Below, piece after piece: positions 51,901 through 61,620 of a stretch of 64,000 bases of DNA. The DNA lies in NCBI GenBank assembly GCA_965649765.1, contig OZ287757.1, positions 12,214,001 to 12,278,000 of the forward strand, given 5' to 3'. The position numbers were made by a program, and so were the translations under genes. This stretch comes from Bispira polyomma. Lineage: Eukaryota. The notes under the pieces were generated by a model. That model was not told the DNA's origin and searched no databases. It worked only from the letters and a program-made list of their open reading frames with translations. Numbering within the stretch: position 1 is the first letter of the stretch; every line of letters begins with the position of its first letter.

Positions 51901-54900
51901 GCCTCGCATATAATTATTTATATAAGGAAATCTGCTGTAGAGTAACAAATCTAAAATTGGCCACTGTATCTGAAATTGGCCACCTACAAAATGTTCTGTT
52001 TTTTGTGGAATTGTGGGTAATATTTGCTAAAGTCGAGATTTTTGTGACTATTTTGCCTTACTTACCCAAATTCCATTTATATTTTCGCCAGTTTTTAATT
52101 TATTCAGCCTAAATTTTAGGGGTGGCCAATTTCAGATACAGTGGCCAATTTCAGATACAATGGCCAATTTTAAATTCCTTACTCTACTAATGAGTCCCTT
52201 TTTCAAGGAACTGAAAGGAAAATAAAATACTATTTTTGGGGTGTGTCAGCTGCTCGTCAATGACAGATATAGCCTGTGGGAGTAAGAAATGCCATCAGCT
52301 GCTAGTGTTGACAAATCAGAGGTCGAAAAAGTTAAAATTGCACCCTATTTATTTTGTTTTTTTGGGGCTAGTGGTTTCTCTTAAGAAGTAATTCAGCTTG
52401 AGTTACCTTCAAGTCCAACTTCATAAGTTAAAAATACCCACCAACACATTTATATGACCAAAATTGTTTGACAAAACACACTACCACTTGCTGACATTTC
52501 ATACTATATATAAATACCTACCCTATCATCACGTCCCTGTGCATATTCAGGATTAGGACCTTTTTCATCCGATGCTCTGTACCTCTGGAAAGAGAAAACA
52601 ACACAGATATAAACATTTATACACACAAACCTTGTATAGTGTCTAAACTTCTGTTATCTAAATGGTTGGAATTGATGAGACACAACAGAGTGTGTTTGGA
52701 TAACAGGGATTCTGTTATCTGTGTCTATGTGTTGATATCATGTATATATTTTTGTGGTGGTTTTTTTTTTTGTATTTATACTAACAAAACAAACACCAGA
52801 TTGACTGACAAACACTAAAAAATATCAACAAAAGAATATTGACACAAAGGAATTATTTCTAGCTAAAAATAAAATATTTATTTTTTTTCCGTGACTTTAG
52901 TTAAAAAAAAAACTTAACACAAAAGGAAAAACCATTCTTATGGGATGTAAAATTAAGAACATATTGATATTTTTAAAAGAAAAAAAAAAAGATTCTTTTT
53001 ACAAAAGACTTCGGTGTTAAATTTCTATTACTGCACGTCAAATTTCTCATAGAAGAATTGGATATCGGGATGTGGTGGTGAGGTTTAGATGGGGACTTCA
53101 GACAATATACAGAGTGCAATATATAATATTTCTTAATCTATTTTTATTTTCAAGTTTAATAAAAAAGTCTATCAGACAAGTTCTTTTATACTTAAGAGTA
53201 AAGAATATAAAATTTGCCACTTTATCTATAATTTGTCACCACCTACAAAAATGTTGTGTTTTTGGGTGGAATTGAGGGTAATATTTGCTAAAATTGAGAT
53301 ATTTGGGACTTTTTTGTCTTATTTACCTAAATTCCAAGTTACTTTTTCCACCAGTTTTTTTTTTTTATTGATTTAGCTTAAATTTTGGGGGTGGTGAATT
53401 TTAGATGCAGTGGCGAATTTTAGATTCCTTACTCTGTGCATTGTCTGTTATAACCATCTTACGAGATGCACGACTCTCACCTTTCAAAATAGAAGTTTTT
53501 TAAAATAGAAAGATAAGAAAAGACAATTTGGGGTAGAAGGGATTGCTAAAGAATATAGGAACACCAAGCAAAAAAGGCTATTATAATATAACTAGTGTAC
53601 AAGCTTGTCTAAATTAAAGACACATGATACGCTCACAATATTGTTACGTCATCACCTTTTTGGTTCTTACTTTTTAGTGTTGTTTTTTCCCCCCAGACCA
53701 CTAAACAGACCTGGTTCAACTCTCAATGTTGATTTTATGCCAGACAAAACAGACATCCACCAACACACAAACACGGACTGACACGCCGATATTCATGAAA
53801 GCTCAGGGTCTAGAATTGACTGATGGACTTAGCCAAGTTTAAGGCTTACCGTAAATGTAGTATACCTTTGTGCTAGATTTAAGCCTAAAACCTAGCTATG
53901 TCTGTTAGTGAATACAGGCCCAGATAAAAATGGTGCTGCTCAGGTTTTCAATTAACAATTGTTTCTTTTAAGATGTAGTTACAATTTAAGGCAACTAATC
54001 TCCATAGTTTACACATAGCAGGAGAGTGTTTGTTTTTTTCGGTTGATTAAAGTTCCCCAACGCACAATACAGATATTACTAGTTTTCCTATTGGTTATTC
54101 TTGTTTTACAATGCATTTGTTGATTATAGGGACACTCTTGTTGTAATAAATTTATTTTTTACAACTGACAATGTTTTTTACAAGTGGTGAATTGTCCAGA
54201 CAAATTGGGGTGACTATTTAATGTGTTAGGGTGTAGTAGTTACTCACCCTGACATCCTCCCTGCCCCGAGCATACTGTCTGTCAGGTCCTTTCTCCTGGG
54301 ACTGATGATAACGCTACAAACATATAGACAAGGCTGAATTTTTTTTACTTTGGATATTAAACGTCCACTCTAGTACATGTTATATTGGGACGGGTAGTTT
54401 GAAACACTGGAGGAAACACTGCATACAGTTGATCAATGTTCTGCACTAAAACCAGCGGTCCACAGTAAGGAACTACCACCTTTCCCACATAGGCATCGAC
54501 GGAATTCGAACTCACGCCGCCCAGAGGTGAGAGACCAGTGATTGTGAAGCACAATGCTTGCTAACCACTAGGCCACCGCGGCCTCTAGACAAGGCTGATA
54601 ATTGGTTCATCTTCTACATACTACTACTGGTCAGCCAGTGAATTTCACCACCTAAAATAAAATCTTTAAATTTGACGATGGGTACCCTACTTTTTCCGGT
54701 TTGTGGGCATTCCAACCGTATTTTTAAGGTTTCTGTGGTTTAGCAACAACAATTTTTAAGATAGACTCCTAGGGCAGGTGGAGTTGATGGTTTAAAATAT
54801 ACTGAAATAAATATAATGAAAAATGTGGCCATTTCTATGCTAAAAGTTCATGTTATGGCGGAAAACGATTTTAAAACAGTTATTATAGTTTTGTATGAAG

Positions 54901-57900
54901 AAAACGAAATGACTGCATTATCCTCAGAATTAAAATAGGATACCTCAAAGTATGAACCTAAAATTTTTAGCACAAATAGCTGAAAATGTTGTCGCCATCC
55001 CCCAAAAAACAGAGAAGTACCATTATCGAGTATCCAAAAGTTAGTAAATCTTCGACTTACCCTGATATCCTCCCTTCCAGTAGCGTATTCTCTGTTGGGC
55101 CCTTTCTCCTGTGACTGGGCATATCTCTGATCCTCCCTGCCTGTGGCATACTGAGGCCCCTTCTCTTCTGAAGGTCGGACGTTTATCTGAAAAATACAAG
55201 GAGGACAACTCTATTATAAGAACACCTTGGGAGAATTAACATCTGTTCGTGTAACAGAATGCTCGTCACAAAAACAGTGACAGAGGAAGTTTTAGTATTA
55301 AAACAATTTAGAGTAAAAGTAAAAATAATTTAATAACTCATCAAATACATCTGACTATCTGACAGTTAATGAGAAAAAGAGCAAGGAGTTTGTTCAGATA
55401 ATAGAAGTTTCATAAAATACAAGAGTTACATTTGACATTGGAAATCTTTTTCAATGAATCAAATATTTAAATGATAAAAGTTTGGGTAATTATTAGTCAA
55501 TAGACAAACAGACAGACCGAGAGTTTCAGTCAAATACCCACCCTATCGTTTCTGCCAGTGGCAAACCTCGGGTCTGGGCCTTTTTCATCAGAACGGGCAA
55601 AGTTCAACTAAAATGTGGAACAAAAAAACATTTATAAAACTGAAAAAACACACACAAATATCACCCTGTGGCATTTTCTTACCACCAGAAGCAGTGAATA
55701 CCCCCCCCCCCCCCCGCCAAAAAATATTACCGGTATGTAATTTTTCTTCAATTCCTGACAAAGAAAATGCAAAATGCAGCAGTAATTCCCTGTTTAAAAC
55801 ATTATACGCGTGGCTGTTATAGAGTACTGAAATTAGTCTGTGGTTTATTTTTTTAAGTGACACCAGCTATCTCTAATCTATTACCCGAAAAATTTCCTTC
55901 AGTCAAATACCCACCCTATCGTTTCTGCCAGTGGCAAACCTCGGGTCTGGGCCTTTTTCATCAGAACGGGCAAAGTTCAACTAAAATGTGAAACAAAAAA
56001 AACATTTATAAAACTGAAAAAACACACACAAATATCACCCCCTGGCATTTTCTTACCACCAGAAGCAGTGAATACCCCCCCCCCCCAAAAAAAAATATTA
56101 CCGGTATGTAATTTTTCTTCAATTCCTGACCAAGAAAATGCAAATTGCAGCAGTAATTCCCTGTTTAAAACATTATACGCGTGGCTGTTATAGAATACTG
56201 AAATTAGTCTGTGGTTTATTTTTTTAAGTGACACCAGCTATCTCTAATCTATTACCCGAAAAATTTCCTTCAGTCAAATACCCACCCTATCGTTTCTGCC
56301 AGTGGCAAACCTCGGATCTGGGCCTTTTTCATCAGAACGAGCAAAGTTCACCTGAAAATTGAAAGAAAAAACCCCATGTAAAACAAAATATAGCAATGCA
56401 GCCAAAAAGACTGCAAAAAGGTAATTCCTGCATCTACCTCTTCCACCATTGACCTTTGAAAAAATATTTTTGCCCAATCAAATTGCTCAAGACAAAAAAT
56501 TTAAGACGAAGAATCTTTGACAATACCAGCTATGTATTATTTAAATGCTTTAGTTTACATCTTATAATATTCTTTAGTAACTGACTATAGCAGTTCTGTA
56601 CACTCAGAAACTTGCTTTTGTGTAAGAATATCAAGAAACTTGGTTCTACTGCGATTTCGACCGTGGCTCTTGCAGATCTTGACAGACAGAGAGTCTCAGT
56701 AAAACACTTACCCTATCATTTCTGCCAGTGGCAAACCTTGGATCTGGGCCTTTTTCATCGGAACGGGCAAAGTTCAACTAAAAATTAAAAGAAAATACAA
56801 AATATAACAATCTAGCCAGTAGCCATAAAGACTGCAAAAAAAAGTAATTCCAACATTCTTCCACACCCTATAATATTCTTTACTAACCGACCATATCAGT
56901 GCGAGACCTAGTGTATATACATCCACTACTCACCCTGTCATCTCTACCGGTGGCAAATCTTGGATCGGGTCCCTTCTCATCGGAGGGACGAAAGTTCAAC
57001 TGTAAAAAAATATGTGAAATAAGTTGTTGGTGAAAATTGACAGTTGTAGTCAGTAAAGCTGTGTAGTCCCTAAGCTGTAACAAATAATAATAAGATTTAA
57101 AAGTGGTGCCCCCAATATCTGAACTTATTACACGAACGTATTACAGGTGTAGAATTGTTAGAGGACGCGACAACCATAGCGAACAGTAACTGTAAATATA
57201 AAGATTTTATTTATAAAACAAGTAATCTGACCCGTTTTCAATGCAAAGTTTGTATTAAAATGAAATATAGTGTCATAGATACTTTATATTTTACAGATTA
57301 CTTGTTAAATGTAACAAATTTTACATTTTAAGTTACTGTCCGCGATAGCTGTCGTGTCGGCTAAGCTGTCCAACCGTGTATACAAAATATTTGATGATGC
57401 TAATTGATATTTAATAATTTTGTTTCCTACATAATTCATTTTTGGCAATGTAATATGGGTTATTAAGGGTTAATTGTAATTAGATTTTTAATCAGTACGT
57501 ATAGATGTACCTTCATCTGACATTTAGAGCGCTAATTAACCCTTTCCTGACTGTAACAGTCTACTGCATCAGTTACTGTCATTCCTCTAACTGAAGAGAG
57601 AGGCTTTGAGGATGACACCATTCTTGCTCAAGGATGTTATCCCACCAATGAAACTAGTGGCTGGTACTGGGAATAGAACCCAGGACCTTCTGATCATCAG
57701 ACCGGCTCCCTACCTGACCACTAGGCCACGAGGAACCACAAGAAGTTGGTTAACAACATCCAAAGTAACTTACCCTGTCATTTCTACCCTCAGCAAATCT
57801 GGGATCTGGGCCTTTTTCTTCAGATGGACGGAAATTTAGCTGAAAATACAGACACAAAATAACAGTCATCTGTTATGTAGACTCAGCTAGTGAATGCAAA

Positions 57901-60900
57901 CTCTCAAACATTTGGACATAAATTAAACACAGTATAAAAGTTTAAACATTTGTTAGAAGCAAGGGGCACAATACATAATTCTAACAGCACACGGCTGTCT
58001 CAGCGACTCTAATTAGGTGAACGATGCGGTAAAATTCACCATATACACATATAGACTAAATATGTCTGTAGTGTACTTGATGCCCAGTAAATAATATAGT
58101 TTGTTCAATAATGTGACTTTTGCAGTAAATACAGCCAGAATCAGATAATTATGTTAAGTTCTCATATGAGAATGGGAATAACACTTTTTAAAGCTATGAT
58201 ATACAGTAATTTTGACCACTCTTGGGAGTATCGAAACACTCAGGCTTCACCTTTGTGCTACTACGCCTCCAATCGTGGTAAAACAAGAATTGTTCAGTGA
58301 ATAATAATAACTTTATATTCTGTGGTTTAAATAAGATTTTCTCAATGTTCCAGATGCCAGATATTATATTTCAGAAACGAATAAGTGTCCGCAAATGGGG
58401 GCAATGTCAGCAGCCCATGAATATCAAGTTTGGTACAGTAAACTAGACAATTCATATAAATAACAAAGGCTGAACTTACTTGGAATTCTTTAATTGTCTA
58501 AATTTTGACATAAAATTTTTTTTCGTCATAAACATTCACGCACAGACAAATACTTTATAAACCTTCTATTATCCAAACAAAATTGTATTACTATCAAAGA
58601 GTTCAGATGAAGAAGTGGGAAAATTTACTCACTCGGTCGTTTCTGCCTGAGGCAAATCTGGGGTCGGGACCCTTTTCCTCTGATGGACGGAAGTTCAACT
58701 AAAAAGGTAAAAACAAAAAACACCTGTTAACATATATGACCTTAGATGCTGAAAGTGACATAGAAAAATTCCGAACAAATATAGACTCATTCCACATTTT
58801 GATCACGTAAGCGGAAAAAATATACAAAATGTATTTTTAACATTTGAATACATTTTTTTATTTCCTATTTTCTTAATTTGTGTTGGAGATAAGTGAAGTT
58901 AATTTACATTTTGAAATGCCAACACTGCTGTTACATGACCAAGTGTAAAACAGATATTTTGGTCCATAAAAGAAAGTGATCGATAACAGAAAGTTTGACA
59001 ATAGTACTGATTCTTGTAACTGCAGTAATTTTATAACACTACCCTTTGCACTAAGATTTGGCCTATGTTTTTTACACAATAAACAGATCTTTACCCCGTC
59101 CGATCTCCCTGTAGCAAATCTGGGGTCAGGACCCTTTTCATCAGATGGACGGAAATTGAGCTGAAAAAATATAGGGGCAAAATATCAGTTGATTTGTAGA
59201 TGTTAAAGTTTAATTTATAACAAAATAATGCAACAAATATATTCCAATATAGAATCAAATCTAGTCCCTTTTTCTAGGTGCTAGATCCTCCCTCTGGGAG
59301 AATTGAAAGCATCAACCAAAAAGATTAACATTCAGCGCAGGGAAAAGGAGGCCTGGGTTGGCAGGGTCGGGTTATTACAATATCTGAACACAATGTATCT
59401 CTCCAAAATTTTATATTATAGCTTCCACTGAATTCCTTTAAAATCAAACATTACACACCTGATCTTCCCTGCCACGTGTATATTGAGTGTTGGGTCCTTT
59501 CTCTGAGCCAATCTGGAAGATATCACACAAAAACAGCTCCAGATTATTGTATTGTACATTTTTAACGCACACTATAATGTACAGACACATAATAAGTATT
59601 GTGTTAGCTTACCAAAGAAATTGTCTACTTATGATCTTGCCTGAGTTTTTATATTTGTCAAGTATATTAACAATCAATGGTTTACTATAGATTTACAGTG
59701 GAACCACTTTTAAGTTAAAACCTCAAGGAGCCAGAAGAAATACTTCTACTTAATCAGGATTTCCACTTTTTGGAGCAGATCCAGATAAAAGGGCGGATTA
59801 AAAAAAAAATATTTTCAATGTTTTTGCACTGTGGCTCCTTGGCAGATGTATGCAGTCTAGCAAGTACTATTTCATAATATCTAAGATTATAATAAAGATT
59901 ATAATTACCAATTCATCAGGTTGTCCTCTGGCATATTCTATAGTATGTCTCTGTAAAGGATTACAATACAACTATTACTGCTTTGTTGGACCCCGAGAAC
60001 TGAAACCTTAAGGGCCCAGGGGAAAATACCTCTACTTGAGTACGATAGTCACTTGATAGCTTTTGTGGAAAACTATAAAGTTTTTTGGTATCATTAAAAA
60101 AAAATGTTTTCACTACTATTTCGATGTACAAGAAATTTCAGCTTTTGATTACATATCTTTACTTCTGACAATATGGGTTTCTGCATCATCTATTGTTGTG
60201 GAAAATTTAGCTAATAAGACTACTGAAAAGAGAGTAATTTCAGGTTGAGTGTTTATGTGTCCTACATTTTCATTGGCCAAAAATAATACATAAGCCTGTC
60301 AATTAACTCACCCTGGTGTCAATATCTTGTCTTCTTGTCTCTGCATAGTTGATCTGTAGAATGACAGCAGGATATTGAGACATTAACAACAAATTGACAT
60401 TAATTACTTACACAAATACAATACCACCGATGGAGAATAATTCCACTATACTGAGGGATAAAACACTTTGACACACTTTGATGACGTCATAAATGACATT
60501 TTGCAACATCTGATTACATTATAAATGAAAAAATATATTTTTCTTAGTGTCAAATGCAGTATACATCACATAGAAGTTATTCCTGTGTGCTGAGGGAGCT
60601 ACACAATATTTTATACTGTTGATTGCTGGCCGACAGACATGGCACGGGCGAATACAATTGTCCGTCGACTTCTAGCTGATAGACTAGGTCGTCAAGAGGT
60701 TTAAACCTCCTTTTTCTTTAGGCAAGTACTTGGTGCCAACTGGTGGTTTTAGATTGACCAAAATTAGTATTGTATGTAATTATCTACGAAATGCACAAAC
60801 ATCACTTACCCCCTTCTCATTTTGTGCTCCAACCTGTGGGCGAAAGAAAGCATAACATAATGTACACAATAAATATATATATATAGATTGTATGTTTAAT

Positions 60901-61620
60901 TTGGTTCTTATGTCATGGAAAATCAGTACCATTTATATATAAGAACCCTTATTTTTGCACTATAAACTACAGACCTATAGAACACGTATTTGACATTATT
61001 AGGAGGACGTGTAATTTAAACCAACTGTCCATAGAGGTGAGATGCAAGTGATAATACAGCAAACACTTCTAACCAATAAGCACTGTATATGCCACTACCT
61101 GTACAAAGTTTTATGCCCAAACTCCTAAAATATCTAAAATAGTGCCGACTTGACACATTTTATCCCCAGTTGACAAAACTCTACATAATGACCATCCTTA
61201 TTAAACTTACTTGCGTCGATTCAGCACATGCTTATCCCCCGATGATGAAGAAATATGTAAATGGCCCACAGACAGAACTAAATTTGGGTACGATTGATTT
61301 TTGGGATTTTTTAAATTATCTATGAAGGAACCAACAGTATCAGAATATATTCAGATATAACGCCGAGAAACAACAGAGGCCACATATTAGGCAAATAACA
61401 GCTGACCTAGATTTTATAAACACAGTTTCACTCCCCCAAATTTCATTTTCCTATTAATTCATACTAAAATGCCTTTTCTGTTTTTTCCAACATTCTACTA
61501 TTATCCATACAAAATTTTGCTCTCCTCTCGGATAATTGACTTTCCAGTGTATTTTACAGGAGTTCAAATAATCGAGTGTATCCTTACCTGGCTATATCCT
61601 TGAGGGTAAAGGTAACCAAG
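42760..61620 (-). CDS. Array of 29 phase-0 exons, about 680 aa, non-collagenous EKG(P)-repeat plus Ser-Gly/acidic protein; probably the N-terminal extension or an alternative product of the collagen IV gene
   Basis: All exons have AG/GT ends, lengths divisible by 3, no in-frame stops and recurring peptide motifs; same strand and phase as the 7S exon. Linkage to the collagen is inferred. Confidence 0.8.
43940..44200 (-). CDS. Array exon (261 nt), Ser-Gly/acidic: SGGSGFDVSGSGSGFSISGDRG...GPGVYTYTGYGVVK
   Basis: actttcccag acceptor, gtgagg donor, open phase-0 frame. Confidence 0.85.
44368..44424 (-). CDS. Array exon: DSGSGWESGSGDYTYFVYP
   Basis: ttctctctccag acceptor, gtgagt donor, 57 nt. Confidence 0.85.
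44645..44707 (-). CDS. Array exon: VTPEGGDEGEEVVIGGPYEGV
   Basis: cattccag acceptor, gtaagt donor, 63 nt. Confidence 0.82.
45350..45436. repeat. 21-bp tandem repeat, 4 copies
   Basis: cagccttcttggtgggtctta. Confidence 0.85.
45455..45645 (+). mobile_element. Diverged tRNA-derived SINE fragment
   Basis: ggtctctcacc..gggttcgaat..tgggaaag, related to the 41718 SINE head. Confidence 0.55.
45884..45931 (-). CDS. Array exon: ADVIISEKGVVTYPEV
   Basis: attttacag acceptor, gtgagt donor, 48 nt. Confidence 0.8.
46515..46580 (-). CDS. Array exon: VNVVTGEKGETAPEFTEGGDGR
   Basis: attttcag acceptor, gtgagt donor, 66 nt; paralogous to 47169-47234. Confidence 0.87.
47169..47234 (-). CDS. Array exon: VFVPSNEKGETAPEYTEGGDET
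   Basis: atcttcag acceptor, gtaagt donor, 66 nt. Confidence 0.87.
47634..47693 (-). CDS. Array exon: LNVEEKGPVGPQYTGIVGGE
   Basis: tttttgttgcag acceptor, gtaagt donor, 60 nt. Confidence 0.87.
48373..48435 (-). CDS. Array exon: YRQSQEKSAQAQGYSQGGNAG
   Basis: gtgttgtag acceptor, gtgagt donor, 63 nt. Confidence 0.82.
48926..48958 (-). CDS. Array exon: QQYTSAREAEL
   Basis: cttgtttcag acceptor, gtaagt donor, 33 nt. Confidence 0.75.
49085..49245 (-). mobile_element. tRNA-derived SINE with Deu/Nin-like central domain
   Basis: B box ggttcgatcc, then cttggacaaggtactt...ccccggtgtatgcatgggtacc. Confidence 0.6.
50127..50180 (-). CDS. Array exon: RERERYELERRQSEEKAR
   Basis: actttccag acceptor, gtcagt donor, 54 nt. 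Confidence 0.78.
51060..51101 (-). CDS. Array exon: RRMMEYARRNLHGL
   Basis: ccttgcag acceptor, gtaagg donor, 42 nt; resembles 59909-59950 (R...EYAR...L). Confidence 0.62.
51657..51689 (-). CDS. Array exon: IQPGRDDYEYR
   Basis: ttactatag acceptor (alternative in-frame cag 6 nt inside), gtaagt donor. Confidence 0.72.
51938..52186. mobile_element. About 250-bp MITE nested in a piggyBac-like fragment
   Basis: TA-flanked gagtaa...ttactc ends interrupt the tctgctgta|c site that is intact in other copies (near 12165 and 41047). Confidence 0.75.
52522..52584 (-). CDS. Array exon: RYRASDEKGPNPEYAQGRDDR
   Basis: tctctttccag acceptor, gtaggt donor, 63 nt. Confidence 0.88.
53195..53435. mobile_element. 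About 240-bp MITE copy
   Basis: agagtaaagaat...attccttactct. Confidence 0.75.
54248..54313 (-). CDS. Array exon: RYHQSQEKGPDRQYARGREDVR
   Basis: tgtttgtag acceptor, gtgagt donor, 66 nt. Confidence 0.87.
54338..54585 (-). mobile_element. Full-length tRNA-derived SINE with 13-bp TSD
   Basis: Highly similar to 41718-41968; TSD tagacaaggctga at 54325-54337 and 54586-54598; A-rich tail. Confidence 0.92.
55061..55186 (-). CDS. Array exon with two units: INVRPSEEKGPQYATGREDQRYAQSQEKGPNREYATGREDIR
   Basis: atttttcag acceptor, gtaagt donor, 126 nt. Confidence 0.9.
55542..55607 (-). CDS. 66-nt repeat exon: LNFARSDEKGPDPRFATGRNDR
   Basis: cattttag acceptor, gtgggt donor. Confidence 0.88.
55915..55980 (-). 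CDS. 66-nt repeat exon: LNFARSDEKGPDPRFATGRNDR
   Basis: Identical to 55542-55607. Confidence 0.88.
56286..56351 (-). CDS. 66-nt repeat exon: VNFARSDEKGPDPRFATGRNDR
   Basis: aattttcag acceptor, gtgggt donor. Confidence 0.88.
56712..56777 (-). CDS. 66-nt repeat exon: LNFARSDEKGPDPRFATGRNDR
   Basis: atttttag acceptor, gtaagt donor; synonymous differences from its neighbours. Confidence 0.9.
56934..56999 (-). CDS. 66-nt repeat exon: LNFRPSDEKGPDPRFATGRDDR
   Basis: tttttttacag acceptor, gtgagt donor. Confidence 0.9.
57620..57735 (-). mobile_element. tRNA-derived SINE head fragment
   Basis: gtggcctagtggtcagg A box, gggttctattccc B-box-like; relative near 31520-31620. Confidence 0.6.
57774..57839 (-). 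CDS. 66-nt repeat exon: LNFRPSEEKGPDPRFAEGRNDR
   Basis: tattttcag acceptor, gtaagt donor. Confidence 0.9.
58633..58698 (-). CDS. 66-nt repeat exon: LNFRPSEEKGPDPRFASGRNDR
   Basis: cctttttag acceptor, gtgagt donor. Confidence 0.9.
59095..59160 (-). CDS. 66-nt repeat exon: LNFRPSDEKGPDPRFATGRSDG
   Basis: attttttcag acceptor, gtaaag donor. Confidence 0.9.
59459..59512 (-). CDS. Array exon: IGSEKGPNTQYTRGREDQ
   Basis: atcttccag acceptor, gtgtgt donor, 54 nt. Confidence 0.83.
59909..59950 (-). CDS. Array exon: RHTIEYARGQPDEL
   Basis: cctttacag acceptor, gtaatt donor, 42 nt. Confidence 0.75.
60312..60353 (-). CDS. Array exon: INYAETRRQDIDTR
   Basis: attctacag acceptor, gtgagt donor, 42 nt. Confidence 0.75.
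60810..60833 (-). CDS. Array microexon: VGAQNEKG
   Basis: ctttctttcgcccacag acceptor, gtaagt donor, 24 nt, EKG motif. Confidence 0.75.
61588..61620 (-). CDS. Array exon: LGYLYPQGYSQ
   Basis: tttatttacag acceptor, gtaagg donor, 33 nt; QGYSQ recurs in 48373-48435. Confidence 0.72.

Larger units (their letters stand above)
55525..56351. repeat. About 372-bp tandem duplication of exon plus intron (2.2 copies)
   Basis: Exon starts are 373 and 371 bp apart; introns near-identical. Confidence 0.93.

Noticed and set aside
55061-59160. Neuropeptide-precursor reading (PDPRF...GR, RFamide-like)
   Set aside because: RF is followed by AT/AE/AS, not Gly, and there are no regular dibasic sites. The EKG motif, Ser-Gly block and collagen context fit an ECM role better. 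Not formally excluded.
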